From: a virus | DNA length: 64,000 nt | Direction: 5' to 3' (one strand) | IMG/VR virus record: IMGVR_UViG_2531839362_000002 | Location: 93 to 64,092 of that record | Part shown: piece by piece, positions 18,838 through 30,655 of the stretch | How the letters are laid out: each line of letters begins with the position of its first letter | How positions within the stretch are numbered: position 1 is the first letter of the stretch | Notes under the pieces: model-generated | Database searches by the model: none | What the model saw: the letters and a program-made list of their open reading frames with translations, nothing else | Told to the model about the DNA's origin: nothing | Program-made: the position numbers and the translations under genes

Positions 18838-19242
18838 TTAATATTGATCTGCTGATAATGCTTTTTCTATCATTCTATTTTCTACTTCTTTAACATGTTC
18901 AATTGTTACTTCATCAGAAGCCCCTGGTCTCTTTCCAGTTAGCTTTACATAATCTTCGGCACAGATAAGACTTACTTTACCGAAAAGCTCAATCTCGTAA
19001 ACTCTGCCGCCCTTATTACATAAATCACATGCAGTAGCAATCCGCATATTCAACGTGCCATCAGGAAGTCCCCAAACTTCAACTTTTGTATCTTCCTTGA
19101 TACCGCAAAATTCTAGCATATCGTTTGGAATGCTAACGGTGACTTGATTTTCACCTTTCTTCAAATCAACTACTCTACCTAAGAATGGTGACTGTTCATT
19201 AGGTGGCATTGGACGCATAAATTTGTCTGGATTCATACTCAT
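18838..19242 (-). CDS. AbrB/SpoVT-like regulator with C-terminal Cys cluster
   Basis: GRVVD...QVTVSIPNDMLEFCGIKEDTKVEV swapped-hairpin pattern; CDLC...C. Confidence 0.6.
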   Translation of the reverse strand: MSMNPDKFMRPMPPNEQSPFLGRVVDLKKGENQVTVSIPNDMLEFCGIKEDTKVEVWGLPDGTLNMRIATACDLCNKGGRVYEIELFGKVSLICAEDYVKLTGKRPGASDEVTIEHVKEVENRMIEKALSADQY

Positions 19243-19250
19243 CTCCCTCT

Positions 19251-22200
19251 CTATGTTCTAGAAGTCATATTTGTGAAATCAACATAATTCCATCTACCAT
19301 CATGGAAATACCACCCTAAACCTAAGCTACCATTTGTATAATGAATAGAACCTGCATTAGCACCAAAGTATCCACCACATACGTTAATCCCATTACATTC
19401 AATTGATTGTGTCGTTGCAACAGGATCTTTTGATTCAATTCGGAATCTATTCTCATTGTTGTAAAGATGACCAATGTAACTTCTACGTTCTCCACCGCCA
19501 CGGGGATAAAAACTGAGTCCCGCACGATCAGTCCCAACGAGTGCCATCATTTCACCATTGCTTACGATTTCAAGTGGAGCATTCATATAGTTCCATCCGT
19601 TCACATGATTGTACCGAATTGTATTATCTCTTGTACCAAGTGCAATTGTAGAAAAAGGCAGTGTTCCGTTTACGAGTTCTCCATGTGTTGTATCCCAGTT
19701 ATAAACGGAAGGAACGTCACCTTCCACCAACTGAACACCTGATACAGCAATTGCTTGCATATTATTTAAGAGCCCCTCGCCAAATAAATCAATATAAACA
19801 TAACCATTTCCTTCTACATAGTTACTCGGCACAGTGAAGGTTAAAGCGTATCTTACTATTTTCCCAGTTTGAATGCTTGGTGCATCGTAAGTTTTTGATG
19901 CTCGTCCAAGCTCCACGGGAGTGTCACCGTTATATTTACCGAAAACCGCTCTCATGATTGGCTTGTTTGTAATGTTTACACGATTATCATTGGTAGTTGC
20001 TCTGAAATGAGCCGACAATGTGTATTTCTTACCTGGTTTTACACCATCAAATAATGTAAAACGAATCCAATTTGACAAATCTATCCGCAACGGATTAACC
20101 ATTGGCTCATAATTGTTAACCACTGGTTTCTCAATATATGGATTAGACATAATTGTCCATGTAGGACTGTATTCAATCTTCAAAAAATAATTATTAAAAT
20201 TCTTAAAAGAAATGTGTGAAAAGTCATGATCTGGAATGAGATTCTTCCTTGGTGTTACTGAAAATTTCTGCCCACGCTCATCTTCAAAAAAGAAGTCAGC
20301 CATTTTTGCTGTAATACCATTCTTATCGATCGTAACTTTCCCATTTTCGATTTTAATTACATCTGCATTAATACCTGTTGCAGTGAGCCATTTTACAATG
20401 GTATCAGCGTTAATCTGCAACTTAGCAACATTAATTTGAATCTTTTCAGCTGTTTGATTAATAGCCGAGATAATATCGCCTTTTTGGACGGTACTAGTAA
20501 TTGCTTTTTCAGTTACCTCAATACGTCCCTCTTGTTTTTCTACATACGCTTTATCCGCATATCTTCCGTCAGCCTGTTGTTTTGTATATACTTCGGTTTT
20601 TACTGCAGCAAGTTTAATTCCCTCCGTATTGGCGGAAATAAGGCGCTCTAATTCAGTTGTTTTCTGGTTGTAATCTAGTGTAGCTACTTTATTGGAAATA
20701 TCTTCAATCATTTTATCAACATTAGTTTGATCTTTTGGATGCAACCAAAATTCTGTAGCTACTTTACCACGCTGCAGCATAGGCATGCAGAACCAAGCTC
20801 TACCATTTCTTTGTACGTATGGTCGAAACCTTACAAATCCAGTTCCTGCCGGAGCTTTAGCTGTACAAATAGCTCTGACCCAAGTATTGTTAATGATTTG
20901 AACTCTTTCTCTAGCAGTTGAAATTCGGGTTGTTTTATTTGATTGCCAAAATTCCAACTCGATAAATACACCATTATCAATTGGAACTTTTCCATCAGTG
21001 TTAAAGTAAGCAGAAGTAACAATATCTTCATTAGGAGAACAATCTATAAATTGACTAAAAGCACCCCACCATACATCCTGGGTTTGTCCTGTAGTGTTCA
21101 TAGAAAACGAATTGTATCCTTTATACTTTAGGTTAGAATCTATAGAGTGCCCAGTAGCCCACCCCCAGTATCTATTCCCTTGAGTAAAACCAGCGTCACG
21201 AATCTCATTAATAGATCCAAGACCGCCAACATAATTCTCAACATCTTTCATTTTCACAGCCATCTCAAGTGCATCAGAATGTTGTTTGATTGTAGATTGA
21301 GCATCAGAAATCTGTTTACCTTGTTCCGTTTGTGTTTCTTGTAACTTGCCAACGTTTTGAGAAACACCTTCAGCCGTTTTCTCTACTGCTGTTACACGCT
21401 TATCAAATCCATTTTGATTATTTTCAACTTTTGTTACTGTTTCTTTGATTCCATTTACACTTTTTTCAATCTCGGTTGTTTTCTTGGTGAAGTCATCGGT
21501 TGTTACTTGGTTTTCTGGAGCTGGTGTCCAATCCTGTGGTTTGTTCCCTTTATATAAAGCGACCCATTCTACAACAGCTTTTGTAGTATTACTTGGAAAG
21601 TTATATAAACTTAACTTCCGTTCATTTCCACTTGTAGCCGCAACAGCTTTGAAAGTTACATAAGTTATTCCATTAGCGTAAAGACTTGTTGCATATCCAA
21701 CATTTTTTGAACCGCCATTCTGCCAAATTCCAAATTTTTGACCTTGTAGGACACTTCCTTTAATTACAAAGGTATATTCCTCACCTGTAGAGAAATTTTC
21801 AGTCGCATTGTATTGATTGATTAAATAATCCGTTTTTTCATATTTAACATTTGAATCTAATAGAAGGTTACGTCCTCCTGCTTTATCGTTATCAACCTTC
21901 TTTTCTACGCTCTCTAATTTCTCACTGATCTTCCCAGCTTTCTCTGTAATTTCAGTTGTGGTTTTCTTTAGATCATTTGTTGTTTGCTGCACCTCAGAGA
22001 TTATTTTTTTTGTGCCTTCAGAAGTCTCTACTACTGTATTTAATTTTTCAGTGATTTCACCGTCTTTTTTTGTTAACGATGCAATAGATTTAGTAAAACC
22101 TTCGTTGGTTTGTTTCATTTCAGAGACAGTTTTATTAATTTCACCTTGAGAGTTTTGTACATTTTTAATTGTTAGAGAAACCTCTTGGAGATTTTCTTTC

Positions 22201-23735
22201 ACTTGCTTGAATTGTCCAGAAGTTTCGTTTTGAGCTTCTTCCACTTTCTTATTTAATTCTTCTTTTGTGGACTGAATATCCTTATTGACCTGTTCCCATG
22301 TTTCTTTCTTAACGGATTCCACATCAGGAACAACAGGATCCCATTTACCATCCTTCCACAATTTCAGAATACCAGGCTTACCTTTGCTGATATCTTGCCA
22401 CAATGTTTTTCTATCCTTTAAGTTTTCTGTTGGTGGATTTACGCCTTCAATAATATCAACGGTATTATTCTTCAAGTTTTCAGCCACTTGTTCAGCAATT
22501 TTCTTTGCTGCTTCCGACTCTTTTCGAATGACTTCTGTTTCTTTTACGTTTTCTTGAAGTTTCTTATCTAGCATATCTAGTAATTCTTTAGACGCTTTAT
22601 TTGATAAGCTACCCATGATTTGTGCATATAACCTATCGATAAGGCTTCGTGTATCTTTGATTTCACGATAATTACCAAAGATATATTTATCTTTCGATGG
22701 ATCGGTGTCGCATTCATCCGCTGCTATTAACCTAGCTTCTAAGAAAAGTGGTGGACTAAACCCTGTATCTTTTATTCGTACCGTATCTCCTTTACGAACC
22801 GATTCATGAGATAAACCAAACACTTTTTCAAGCGCTACTGCACTTACTTCATATGAAGTAGAACTATCAATTCGCTTCTTTAATTCTGCTTCGGTTAACT
22901 GTTTGAGTCGTTGCTTCGTCATATCTTGATCTTCTGTTTGCGGTGAATAAATATCGAATAAATGCTTGCCATCTTTTGACCAACGTTGTAGAGCATCATT
23001 ATTTCCTACATAAAGTTTTCCATCGTTTATTTCTTCAAATGTGAGAAATTCACCGGTTTCACTATTTTGTGGGCCGACACCTACAAGAGCGGTTACTACA
23101 TCTTGACTATTCTCAATACGCCGGATGCCTTGTACATCTTTTCCTAGTAAAAACTCTTTCCCATTGTCACGGCCAACCTTTTTTACTAAATCTACATAAC
23201 GACCGACAATAAAAGATCCTAGTATTTCTGTTTTAAAACGAATTTCAAGTTCAAACGTAGATGCGATTTGCTTTAAGAGATCAAGCGGATTTGTGAAATC
23301 TTTAATGTTAATGGTACGTATACCAACATACTCCGTAATCCCACGTTTCCATTCTGTACCTTGTAAAGCAAAGTCCATAGATTCATTGACTGTAGTAGCT
23401 TGCAAAGTTTGTGGTTTAATTACAGTTTCTTTCTTTAGTTTTGTATGTTCACCAAGTGCGTAAATCTTTTTCGGACGACCTGTTGTATCCTGTTCTACTT
23501 CTGTAATAATGTATGAAACAAAAGTACCGTCACGAGTTTGTTTAACGACAAGGTTCTGTTGTATAAGTGATGCCGCTATCTTTGTACCATCAGCTGTTGT
23601 GAACTCAAATTTATCTTTATTATCTTTAAGGTCCCATTGGCGTAAATCATCCCAATAATCCTGTTCTTTGATAACACCTATGATTTGTTCTGTTTTAAAA
23701 TCCACAATATGTAATAGATTATTTGCTTTACTCAT
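19251..23735 (-). CDS. Tail endopeptidase/spike with receptor-binding modules (Tal-like)
   Basis: Phage minor structural N-terminus, coiled coil, repeated RNLL/KNLIP carbohydrate-binding-like modules; follows Dit. Confidence 0.88.
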   Translation of the reverse strand: MSKANNLLHIVDFKTEQIIGVIKEQDYWDDLRQWDLKDNKDKFEFTTADGTKIAASLIQQNLVVKQTRDGTFVSYIITEVEQDTTGRPKKIYALGEHTKLKKETVIKPQTLQATTVNESMDFALQGTEWKRGITEYVGIRTINIKDFTNPLDLLKQIASTFELEIRFKTEILGSFIVGRYVDLVKKVGRDNGKEFLLGKDVQGIRRIENSQDVVTALVGVGPQNSETGEFLTFEEINDGKLYVGNNDALQRWSKDGKHLFDIYSPQTEDQDMTKQRLKQLTEAELKKRIDSSTSYEVSAVALEKVFGLSHESVRKGDTVRIKDTGFSPPLFLEARLIAADECDTDPSKDKYIFGNYREIKDTRSLIDRLYAQIMGSLSNKASKELLDMLDKKLQENVKETEVIRKESEAAKKIAEQVAENLKNNTVDIIEGVNPPTENLKDRKTLWQDISKGKPGILKLWKDGKWDPVVPDVESVKKETWEQVNKDIQSTKEELNKKVEEAQNETSGQFKQVKENLQEVSLTIKNVQNSQGEINKTVSEMKQTNEGFTKSIASLTKKDGEITEKLNTVVETSEGTKKIISEVQQTTNDLKKTTTEITEKAGKISEKLESVEKKVDNDKAGGRNLLLDSNVKYEKTDYLINQYNATENFSTGEEYTFVIKGSVLQGQKFGIWQNGGSKNVGYATSLYANGITYVTFKAVAATSGNERKLSLYNFPSNTTKAVVEWVALYKGNKPQDWTPAPENQVTTDDFTKKTTEIEKSVNGIKETVTKVENNQNGFDKRVTAVEKTAEGVSQNVGKLQETQTEQGKQISDAQSTIKQHSDALEMAVKMKDVENYVGGLGSINEIRDAGFTQGNRYWGWATGHSIDSNLKYKGYNSFSMNTTGQTQDVWWGAFSQFIDCSPNEDIVTSAYFNTDGKVPIDNGVFIELEFWQSNKTTRISTARERVQIINNTWVRAICTAKAPAGTGFVRFRPYVQRNGRAWFCMPMLQRGKVATEFWLHPKDQTNVDKMIEDISNKVATLDYNQKTTELERLISANTEGIKLAAVKTEVYTKQQADGRYADKAYVEKQEGRIEVTEKAITSTVQKGDIISAINQTAEKIQINVAKLQINADTIVKWLTATGINADVIKIENGKVTIDKNGITAKMADFFFEDERGQKFSVTPRKNLIPDHDFSHISFKNFNNYFLKIEYSPTWTIMSNPYIEKPVVNNYEPMVNPLRIDLSNWIRFTLFDGVKPGKKYTLSAHFRATTNDNRVNITNKPIMRAVFGKYNGDTPVELGRASKTYDAPSIQTGKIVRYALTFTVPSNYVEGNGYVYIDLFGEGLLNNMQAIAVSGVQLVEGDVPSVYNWDTTHGELVNGTLPFSTIALGTRDNTIRYNHVNGWNYMNAPLEIVSNGEMMALVGTDRAGLSFYPRGGGERRSYIGHLYNNENRFRIESKDPVATTQSIECNGINVCGGYFGANAGSIHYTNGSLGLGWYFHDGRWNYVDFTNMTSRT

Positions 23736-25189
23736 CTGTAACGCTCCCTATACGTGACATCTACCTGTCCAATGTTGTTTGGGGATATTTCGATTTCATT
23801 CTTTCCTTTTTCAATACGTATATAGTCACTCATAAAATCCTTTATATTTATCGCATCCGCTCCGTTAATACGAATACTTGCATCCGATGAATCAATTTCT
23901 ACAAGATCTCCTTTTTGAACAATATAAGGTATTTGACGTTCTGTATTGCTGTTTACCTTTTGCACTTTAATATCATGCACAGCTGCAATTAATGATGGTG
24001 CATCATTAAACGAACATATATGCACAACAATTTGAGCTACCTTTTTCATAAAGCTATTGCCCGTATCCCACCATTGTGCGAATTTTTCTGTATGGTAATT
24101 TCCTTTTTCATCAAGCAAAGCAATATCACCTTGCCAATAGTTCCCTACTCGCGCAATGTGTAGACGGCCGTAAAAATCATTCCAAGTTGTACGATAATAA
24201 CCAGTTTCCGCTATAATCAGGTGATTGTAGTCACCATTTCCCGCCATAACTTCACCAAAATTCTCGCTAGAATTTCTATATGCATCAAACATACCTACTT
24301 TTCCGACTACAACGTTGCTTTCATCTAATAAATACAGTTCTACACGTCCCATAGTTGCAGGGTTTAAGTTTCGGCATTCAACTATTGCATCAAGCGTGAA
24401 GTCTTGTAGTGGTCCACCCGTAATACTTCTTTTCACTGCTGGTCCATGCCAGAATTGACCTTGCCCATAATCAGATGGCATGATACGTGCGCCATCCGCT
24501 ATCATTTTCCCTGCTACGATTCCATAATCTGAAACAAAATCTTTTCCCACTTCCGTCCAACCCACTAGAGAATTCGCTTTATCATGCATAACCAATTCAT
24601 ACCGACTTATTGGCGTTTCATCTATCTTAACTGGATATCCTATACGAAAATGTTGATTTCCATTTTTATTTATAATATCGATGAATGTGGAAGGATTCTC
24701 TACCTGTATCTTGAATTTTGGTTCTGAAAATACACTTCCTTCATTCAAAACATCCATTTTAATAATATTATTTGGTTCTAGTTTTGCTTTTGCATTTCGA
24801 ATTGGTCCTAATTTATAAGGCATTGGACAAATGAATTTGATTGTTCCTATTCCAAGTGTTACAAATTCATCTGGATCAAAGCTATCATCCACAATTGCTA
24901 AATACGTTCTGTTTGGTTCTACGTCAAAAATAAGCTCTGTTGGTTGATCAGTTATTAGCCAACTTGCAATTTCCTCTTTCAACTTTTCTAAGTTAGATCC
25001 ATCAGGTACTATAATTCCTACCGGAATAGATAAAACGCGCATTTCTGTTTGTGTGTTTAACAGTCTTGCTCCTGGATATCCTGGAACGTTTAGAAAATTT
25101 CGTTTCAATGGTGCCCAAGTAGGTCTTTTCCATCCTTTCGCAATTTGAATAAAGTTTTTACGCATTTTGTTAAATGTAAAAGAACTCAT
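23732..25189 (-). CDS. Distal tail protein (Dit, siphovirus tail component)
   Basis: TELIFDVEPNRTY...FICPMPYK motif; position after the TMP. Confidence 0.88.
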   Translation of the reverse strand: MSSFTFNKMRKNFIQIAKGWKRPTWAPLKRNFLNVPGYPGARLLNTQTEMRVLSIPVGIIVPDGSNLEKLKEEIASWLITDQPTELIFDVEPNRTYLAIVDDSFDPDEFVTLGIGTIKFICPMPYKLGPIRNAKAKLEPNNIIKMDVLNEGSVFSEPKFKIQVENPSTFIDIINKNGNQHFRIGYPVKIDETPISRYELVMHDKANSLVGWTEVGKDFVSDYGIVAGKMIADGARIMPSDYGQGQFWHGPAVKRSITGGPLQDFTLDAIVECRNLNPATMGRVELYLLDESNVVVGKVGMFDAYRNSSENFGEVMAGNGDYNHLIIAETGYYRTTWNDFYGRLHIARVGNYWQGDIALLDEKGNYHTEKFAQWWDTGNSFMKKVAQIVVHICSFNDAPSLIAAVHDIKVQKVNSNTERQIPYIVQKGDLVEIDSSDASIRINGADAINIKDFMSDYIRIEKGKNEIEISPNNIGQVDVTYRERYR

Positions 25190-25230
25190 GTTGACACCTC
25201 ATTTCTTTATAAAATAAAAGAAACCCAAAC

Positions 25231-28200
25231 CTAAAAGGCTGAGTCTCTTTGTTTTTCTCTTTCTTGGTACTCGGTTGTATATCGATACGTACCACGCGCC
25301 ACATCTCGCCCCTCTATAACAACAGGAACCTCAACAACCAAATCACCACCAAGCATCGGAATTGCTCCGTCACCAGATGATCCAAATGAGTTATTAAATA
25401 CTTGATTTGATACACTGCTTGTCATAGCTTGTCTACTATTTGACATACTTCCATACACACCACTCATAACAGACTTTAAAACCGATAATTGGCTCATAGA
25501 ACTAGCCATCATGCGACTCATATCACCCATTAATTGATTCATAGTCCCAGTAATACCGAGTGATTTTTCTTTCGATGATAAAGGTGTAACTGTAATTGAA
25601 TTACCCTTCTTCTTAAATAATTCTGGTCCGGCTTCCCCTGTGATAAATGAACCATCACCTACAGGCTTTCCACCTTTAGCAAGCATTGGTACATGAGGAA
25701 TAGTTGGTGCACTAACACCTGGTATATTGTTTAATAATTCTGCTGGTGTGTTAAAACCGTCTATGAACTTATTTATGATACGAATAATTCCATTAATCGC
25801 TGTTTTAATACCGCTTTTAATTCCATCCCATACACCTAATACAGCTGATTTCATTCCTTCAAAAGCTCCACTAACAGCACTTGTTACCCAACGAACAGGA
25901 GTCATAATTGCATCTTTCAGTCCATTCCAGACAGAAGATGCGGTTGACTTTATACCTTCCCAAATGTTTGAGAGTGTTGATTTAATACCATTCCAAATAC
26001 TACTACTTGTACTACTAATCATATTCCATACAGTTGAAATTGCTTCTTTGATGTTATTAAAGACAGAACTTGCTGTGGAAACAATTGAGTTCCATAAGCT
26101 AGAAAGGAAGCTTTTAATCGTATTCCAAACTGCGCTTGTTGTGGAATTAATCGTGTTCCAGGCATTCACAATCCAGTTTTTTATTACATCAAAAATTGGT
26201 GTTACGATAGCGACTAATCCATTCCAGCATGCTTGCAAGAAATTCTTCAATGTATTCCACACCGTCATTGTGGTGGAACTAATAACATCCCATACATTCA
26301 CAATCCAATTTCTAAGTGTTTCAAAGACAGCTGTCGCAATCGAAACAATGCCATTCCAACAAGCTTGAAGAAAAGCAACTATAGCATTCCACACTGTTGT
26401 TGCAGCTAAACTAATAGCATCCCACACAGAAACAATAAAACTCTTTATTGATTCAAATATTGGAGTAGCAAAGTATAAAATAGCTGTCCAAACCGCCTGT
26501 AAGTATTGCGTAATGAAATTCCATACCGTTTGAATAACTGTGGAAATACCATTCCAAATCATAGAGAAGAAATCAGCAATGCCTTGTAAAATAGGAGTTA
26601 GAAAGGCAACTAATCCATTCCAGGTGCTAATGAAAAACTCACTAATCGCTGTCCACACTTCGGAAGTGGTTTGGCTGATACTATTCCAAACTTCTGATAA
26701 TGTTTCAACTACCCCATCCCAAATACCAGTCAAATACTCAACAATTGAATTCCATGTTTCCGTAGTAATTTCAACAATCGAATTCCATGTTTCAGATAAG
26801 GACTCCGTTATCCCATTCCATAGTTCTACTAAAAACTCTTTAATTGAATTCCATACAGAAGCTGTAGATTCACTAATACTTTCCCATGTTTCTGTTGCCC
26901 ATTGGGATATGCCGTCCCAAATTCCTGTTAGAAATTCTGTAATTGAATTCCATACCTCCATGGTCCATTTTTTGATATCGTCCCAATTTTTATAAATCGC
27001 AATGCCTAGAGCTGCTATAACCCCTATAATAATAGGAATTGCAGCAACAAGCGTGGCGGCTATTCCTGCTCCGATACCAAACAAGCTCATGACCGCCACG
27101 ACTATAGGAGCAAGCGCCATAATCGCACCAGAAATAACCCCGATAGCTACTGCAATTGCTGCTAATGTTGCTGCTAATTCCGGATTGTCAGAAACCCATT
27201 CTGCAAATTTAGAAACAAGATCTGCTACCACTAATAAAACTGGTTCAAGAGCTATCTTTAAATCTTCCATAGCTTTTTGAAATTTAACAGCTGGACTTGC
27301 ATCTATTTTAGAAGTTGCTCCATGTAAATCTTCTACACCTTTTTTCAAATCAACTTGCTTACCTTCTGCCTTTAGAATCGTATTAATAATTTTCTTTCCT
27401 TGGTCTTCCCAAAGGGTTCCGAACATCTTCGTGCCAAGCGCATTTCTGTCTGTCGCATTTTCAACACCAGCTAAAGCCTTGGTTGCTTCAAGCATCGCTT
27501 TTTGTCCATTTTCACCACCGCCAGCAATTGCTTGTCCCCATTTTTCAAACTGATTGGCTGAAATCTTTGTTTTATCTAAAACCGCTTGCATGGACTTATC
27601 TACACCAGCACCAAACTCAGCCATTTTGATACGACCTTCTTTAATACCCGATATGTTCAACAGGACTCGCAACATCCTGTCAGTTCTCTTATGAACTTCT
27701 GTATATCACTATACAGACCAGACTATATCATCATCTTTATATAAGATGCTCCCCATTTCGGATGTCATTGGCTTACACCCTACGTCTTTCGACTAGTCGT
27801 TACACACTTCCTATTTATTGGCTTGGCTCGGTATTGTCTCTTATGTGAGAGTTTCACCGAATTAGAGGAGTTTGCTATGAATGTCTCCACTCATAGGGAC
27901 AATTTTTTATCCAATAGGTTGTCTATATTCCAACTTTTCGTGTCTACACCTGCTGACATAATTCCTTGAACTTCTTTAGCTGTAAAACCAGCTTGAACCA
28001 TTTGGTCACCATATTCAGCAATAATGTCTAATTGTTCTGGTGGAAAACCTGTTTTTAATAAAGTATTAACTAATCCTAAAGCCTCTTCATTAGTAATCCC
28101 TAATGTTGCACCAATCTCATTCGCTTCCTGTATAAGCTCATTAAAATCAATCCCTGCATAACTTGAAGCTATAGTTGCCGCTCCTTTAACTACAGCCGCA

Positions 28201-29141
28201 TTCGTTTCATCAGAAGCATCCTTATTCAATGCCCACTGTTTTCGAACACCCTCTAAGGCTTCTTCTGCATCCACACCATAAGTAGTTACACCCCTTACAG
28301 CTTCTTCTACTGATTTTTTCGAAGACTCCGGAACATCAAAAGTGATATCAATCTTTGTTTTTAATTTAGACATGTCCATTGCTTGCTCAACTGCACTTGC
28401 AATACCGCCACCGGCTGCTATACCACCTATGACATTTTCTAACCCTACTTGTAATCCTTCAAACTTTTCCTCTGTCCTTCTAGCTTCTTGTTGTAAATCT
28501 CTTAACTCATTTCGTACTTGTTGTATGGAGTTTCCAGCATCCACAGAGCGAAGCGCACGTTGTAATTTTTCAATATCTGTTTCTGCTCCTAAAGCTTCAC
28601 GACCAATAAGACCAATTGCCTGTTCTAACTGGCGACTTGTAGCCGATCCACTTTTAATTGCATTTACAAGACGATTACCTAATGCTCCTGCAAAGTCATC
28701 AACGCTTTTTCCTGTAGCACTAAATAAGGTTTCTAATTGCCTAGTGGAGCTTGCTACACTTTCTTGCTCAGCTTTCATGTTTCCAAGCTTATTTTTCAAC
28801 CCATCAAGTGAGCCTTGTGTAAATTCAATTTCACGCCTAAACGCACGATATTGTTCTTCAGAAATTTTACCGTTTTGAAATTGAGCTTGGACTTGTTGTT
28901 CCGCCACCTTCAATTTATCTAACTTTTGCGTTGTATTTTCAATTTGTTGTGTAAGTAATTTTTGTTTTTGAGAAAGCGCCTCAATATTCCCAGGGTCAAA
29001 TTTTAAAAGGCGCTCAATATCCTTTAACTCTTTAGCTACATCATTACTCCGCTTATTAACATCTTTCAAAGCATTTTGAAGACCTGTGGTTTCACCACCG
29101 ATTTCAACTGTTATTCCTTTAATTCTTCCTCCTGCCATCAT
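25231..29141 (-). CDS. Tail tape-measure protein, two exons (29141-27909 and 27648-25231), about 1216 aa spliced
   Basis: Splicing joins ...WNIDNLLD|GIKEGRIKMAEFG in frame; Trp-periodic repeats in exon 2. Confidence 0.9.
27649..27908 (-). mobile_element. ORF-less group I self-splicing intron (260 nt)
   Basis: 5' exon ends in U with P1 GGAU/GUCC pairing; terminal G; core AATTCGGTGAAAC, AATACCGAGCCAAGC, AACGACTAG, GATATAGTCTG. Confidence 0.9.
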
Positions 29142-29153
29142 CTCACCTCTTTC

Positions 29154-29731
29154 TTAGAACGAATCGAAGTCTTTTTGATTTGCTTTACGAGCTTTTTCTT
29201 TATCTGGATTCTCCATTTCAGCGAATTCAGCAATATAATCAAAACAATCACCAATAGTCATTTCTTCTAAATCACCATGTGATAATTTCGCTTTATAACA
29301 AAGAGCAAGGAAAGTATCAGTGGATAATTCTTCATCACTGAAATTCCCTCGCTCTTCATTATTTTTCTTTATTTTTTTTTTGCCCCCATCGTACTTTGAA
29401 TCAGACCCATGATTTCTGGAATAATTTCAGAAATAGGGAATTCATCAAATCCATCTAACCATGTAATCGGATCAGCGATTTCGGGGTTTGCTGTTTTTGC
29501 ATATAACCAAACTAAATCATAAATAACTTCAAAATCTACTTTACTTAAATCAGCATTTGCTAAATCAATAGTAGGCTGTGAGCCATTTTGAGGTGTGATT
29601 GGTGAAATGATTCCTAATCCAAACATATCTGCAAATAAATCACGTCTAAATTGCGCTTTATACTTTTTAACTGTTGCTGCTGTGCTTTTTAATCGGACCT
29701 GTTTTCCGTCTATTGTAATTGTTTTTTCCAT
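29154..29731 (-). CDS. Tail assembly chaperone (29369-29731) with -1 frameshift extension to 29154
   Basis: A10 slippery run at 29372-29381 before the stop; the -1 frame reads IKKNNEERGNFSDEELSTDTFLALC...QKDFDSF*. Confidence 0.8.
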
Positions 29732-29737
29732 CTAGAA

Positions 29738-30325
29738 TTACGCCCCTTTTGATAATGTAGTTTTTGTATATACTTTTTTATACCAATCATCATAAACCGC
29801 TGGTGTTGTTTTAGATGTAGTTTTTGTTTTAACCATACGTTTTCCGTTAATATCTATTGGACTAGATACAAATTTAAGTTCGTTGGTATTTGGTTCAGCA
29901 GAACTTGTTTTTGTTTTAGATGCAACTGTAGGGCGACTTGCTGAGTTGTTAAACAGAACGTGACGAGTTGCTTTTTCGTCTCCATCAAATTCAAATAGCA
30001 ATGCAAATTGTTTTCCTTTCGCATCAGCCAATTCATTTAGTACGCCATCTTCCGCATCTAACTCTTCACCCAATACATCTACAGCAAATTGTTCTGGGAT
30101 AGTAGCAATGCTCAATGTCCCGTCATAACCCTGGTTATTACTTGCTGAATAATAAAGCATGTCATCAGCATAGAATTCAATTAAGTCTCCACGTGGATCT
30201 AATGTTAATTCAACTGCGCCTGGAATTGGGATTGGGGTTTTAAACTTTACGACTCCATCTAGAATTTCATAGAGTGCATAATAAACGTTCTTTAAACCGA
30301 AAGTAACTTTATTTTCCTTATTCAT
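29738..30325 (-). CDS. Major tail protein (phi13 family)
   Basis: KVTFGLKNVYYA, FYADD, FALLFEFDGD motifs. Confidence 0.92.
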   Translation of the reverse strand: MNKENKVTFGLKNVYYALYEILDGVVKFKTPIPIPGAVELTLDPRGDLIEFYADDMLYYSASNNQGYDGTLSIATIPEQFAVDVLGEELDAEDGVLNELADAKGKQFALLFEFDGDEKATRHVLFNNSASRPTVASKTKTSSAEPNTNELKFVSSPIDINGKRMVKTKTTSKTTPAVYDDWYKKVYTKTTLSKGA

Positions 30326-30655
30326 TTATAACAACCTCGTTTCATATATTTTTTGATACAATTTTTCAGATTCAATAAAAGTCCCAAACGATTCATAAGG
30401 AATATCATGATCATCTAGGACTTGTTCTAATTTGGATTCAGCAATTAAATCTTTTTTAATTGTATAAAGCTCAATAGTTACATCATTTATTTTGTGATAG
30501 ACTTTGTTATCAGCTGGCATATTAGGAGAACCATCTACAAAGTAACAAATATAAGGCGGTGTTGGCACAGGATTACCTGGCGTTTCGGTGAAATGCGAAT
30601 AAGCCACAGGATTACCTGTAGCATCAAGGATTTTTTTGAATTCACCTAATGTCAT
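30326..30655 (-). CDS. Tail completion/terminator protein
   Basis: PPYICY...IELYT motif; neck position. Confidence 0.75.
   Translation of the reverse strand: MTLGEFKKILDATGNPVAYSHFTETPGNPVPTPPYICYFVDGSPNMPADNKVYHKINDVTIELYTIKKDLIAESKLEQVLDDHDIPYESFGTFIESEKLYQKIYETRLL

Noticed and set aside
19251-23735. Diversity-generating retroelement target in the tail spike
   Set aside because: No RT and no TR/VR duplicate seen
25700-27000. Periodic TTCCA repeats as a CRISPR or repeat array
   Set aside because: They are Trp codons of the TMP 11-residue-type repeats; no constant repeat/spacer pattern
25231-27675. 814-aa ORF as an independent gene
   Set aside because: Its TTG start lies inside the group I intron; it is TMP exon 2
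19322-28878. Many antisense ORFs opposite the tail genes (e.g. 25727-26368, 28342-28878)
   Set aside because: Reverse-strand shadows of long phage genes
29372-29381. A10 run as a sequencing-error frameshift
   Set aside because: Position and frame fit the conserved programmed -1 frameshift
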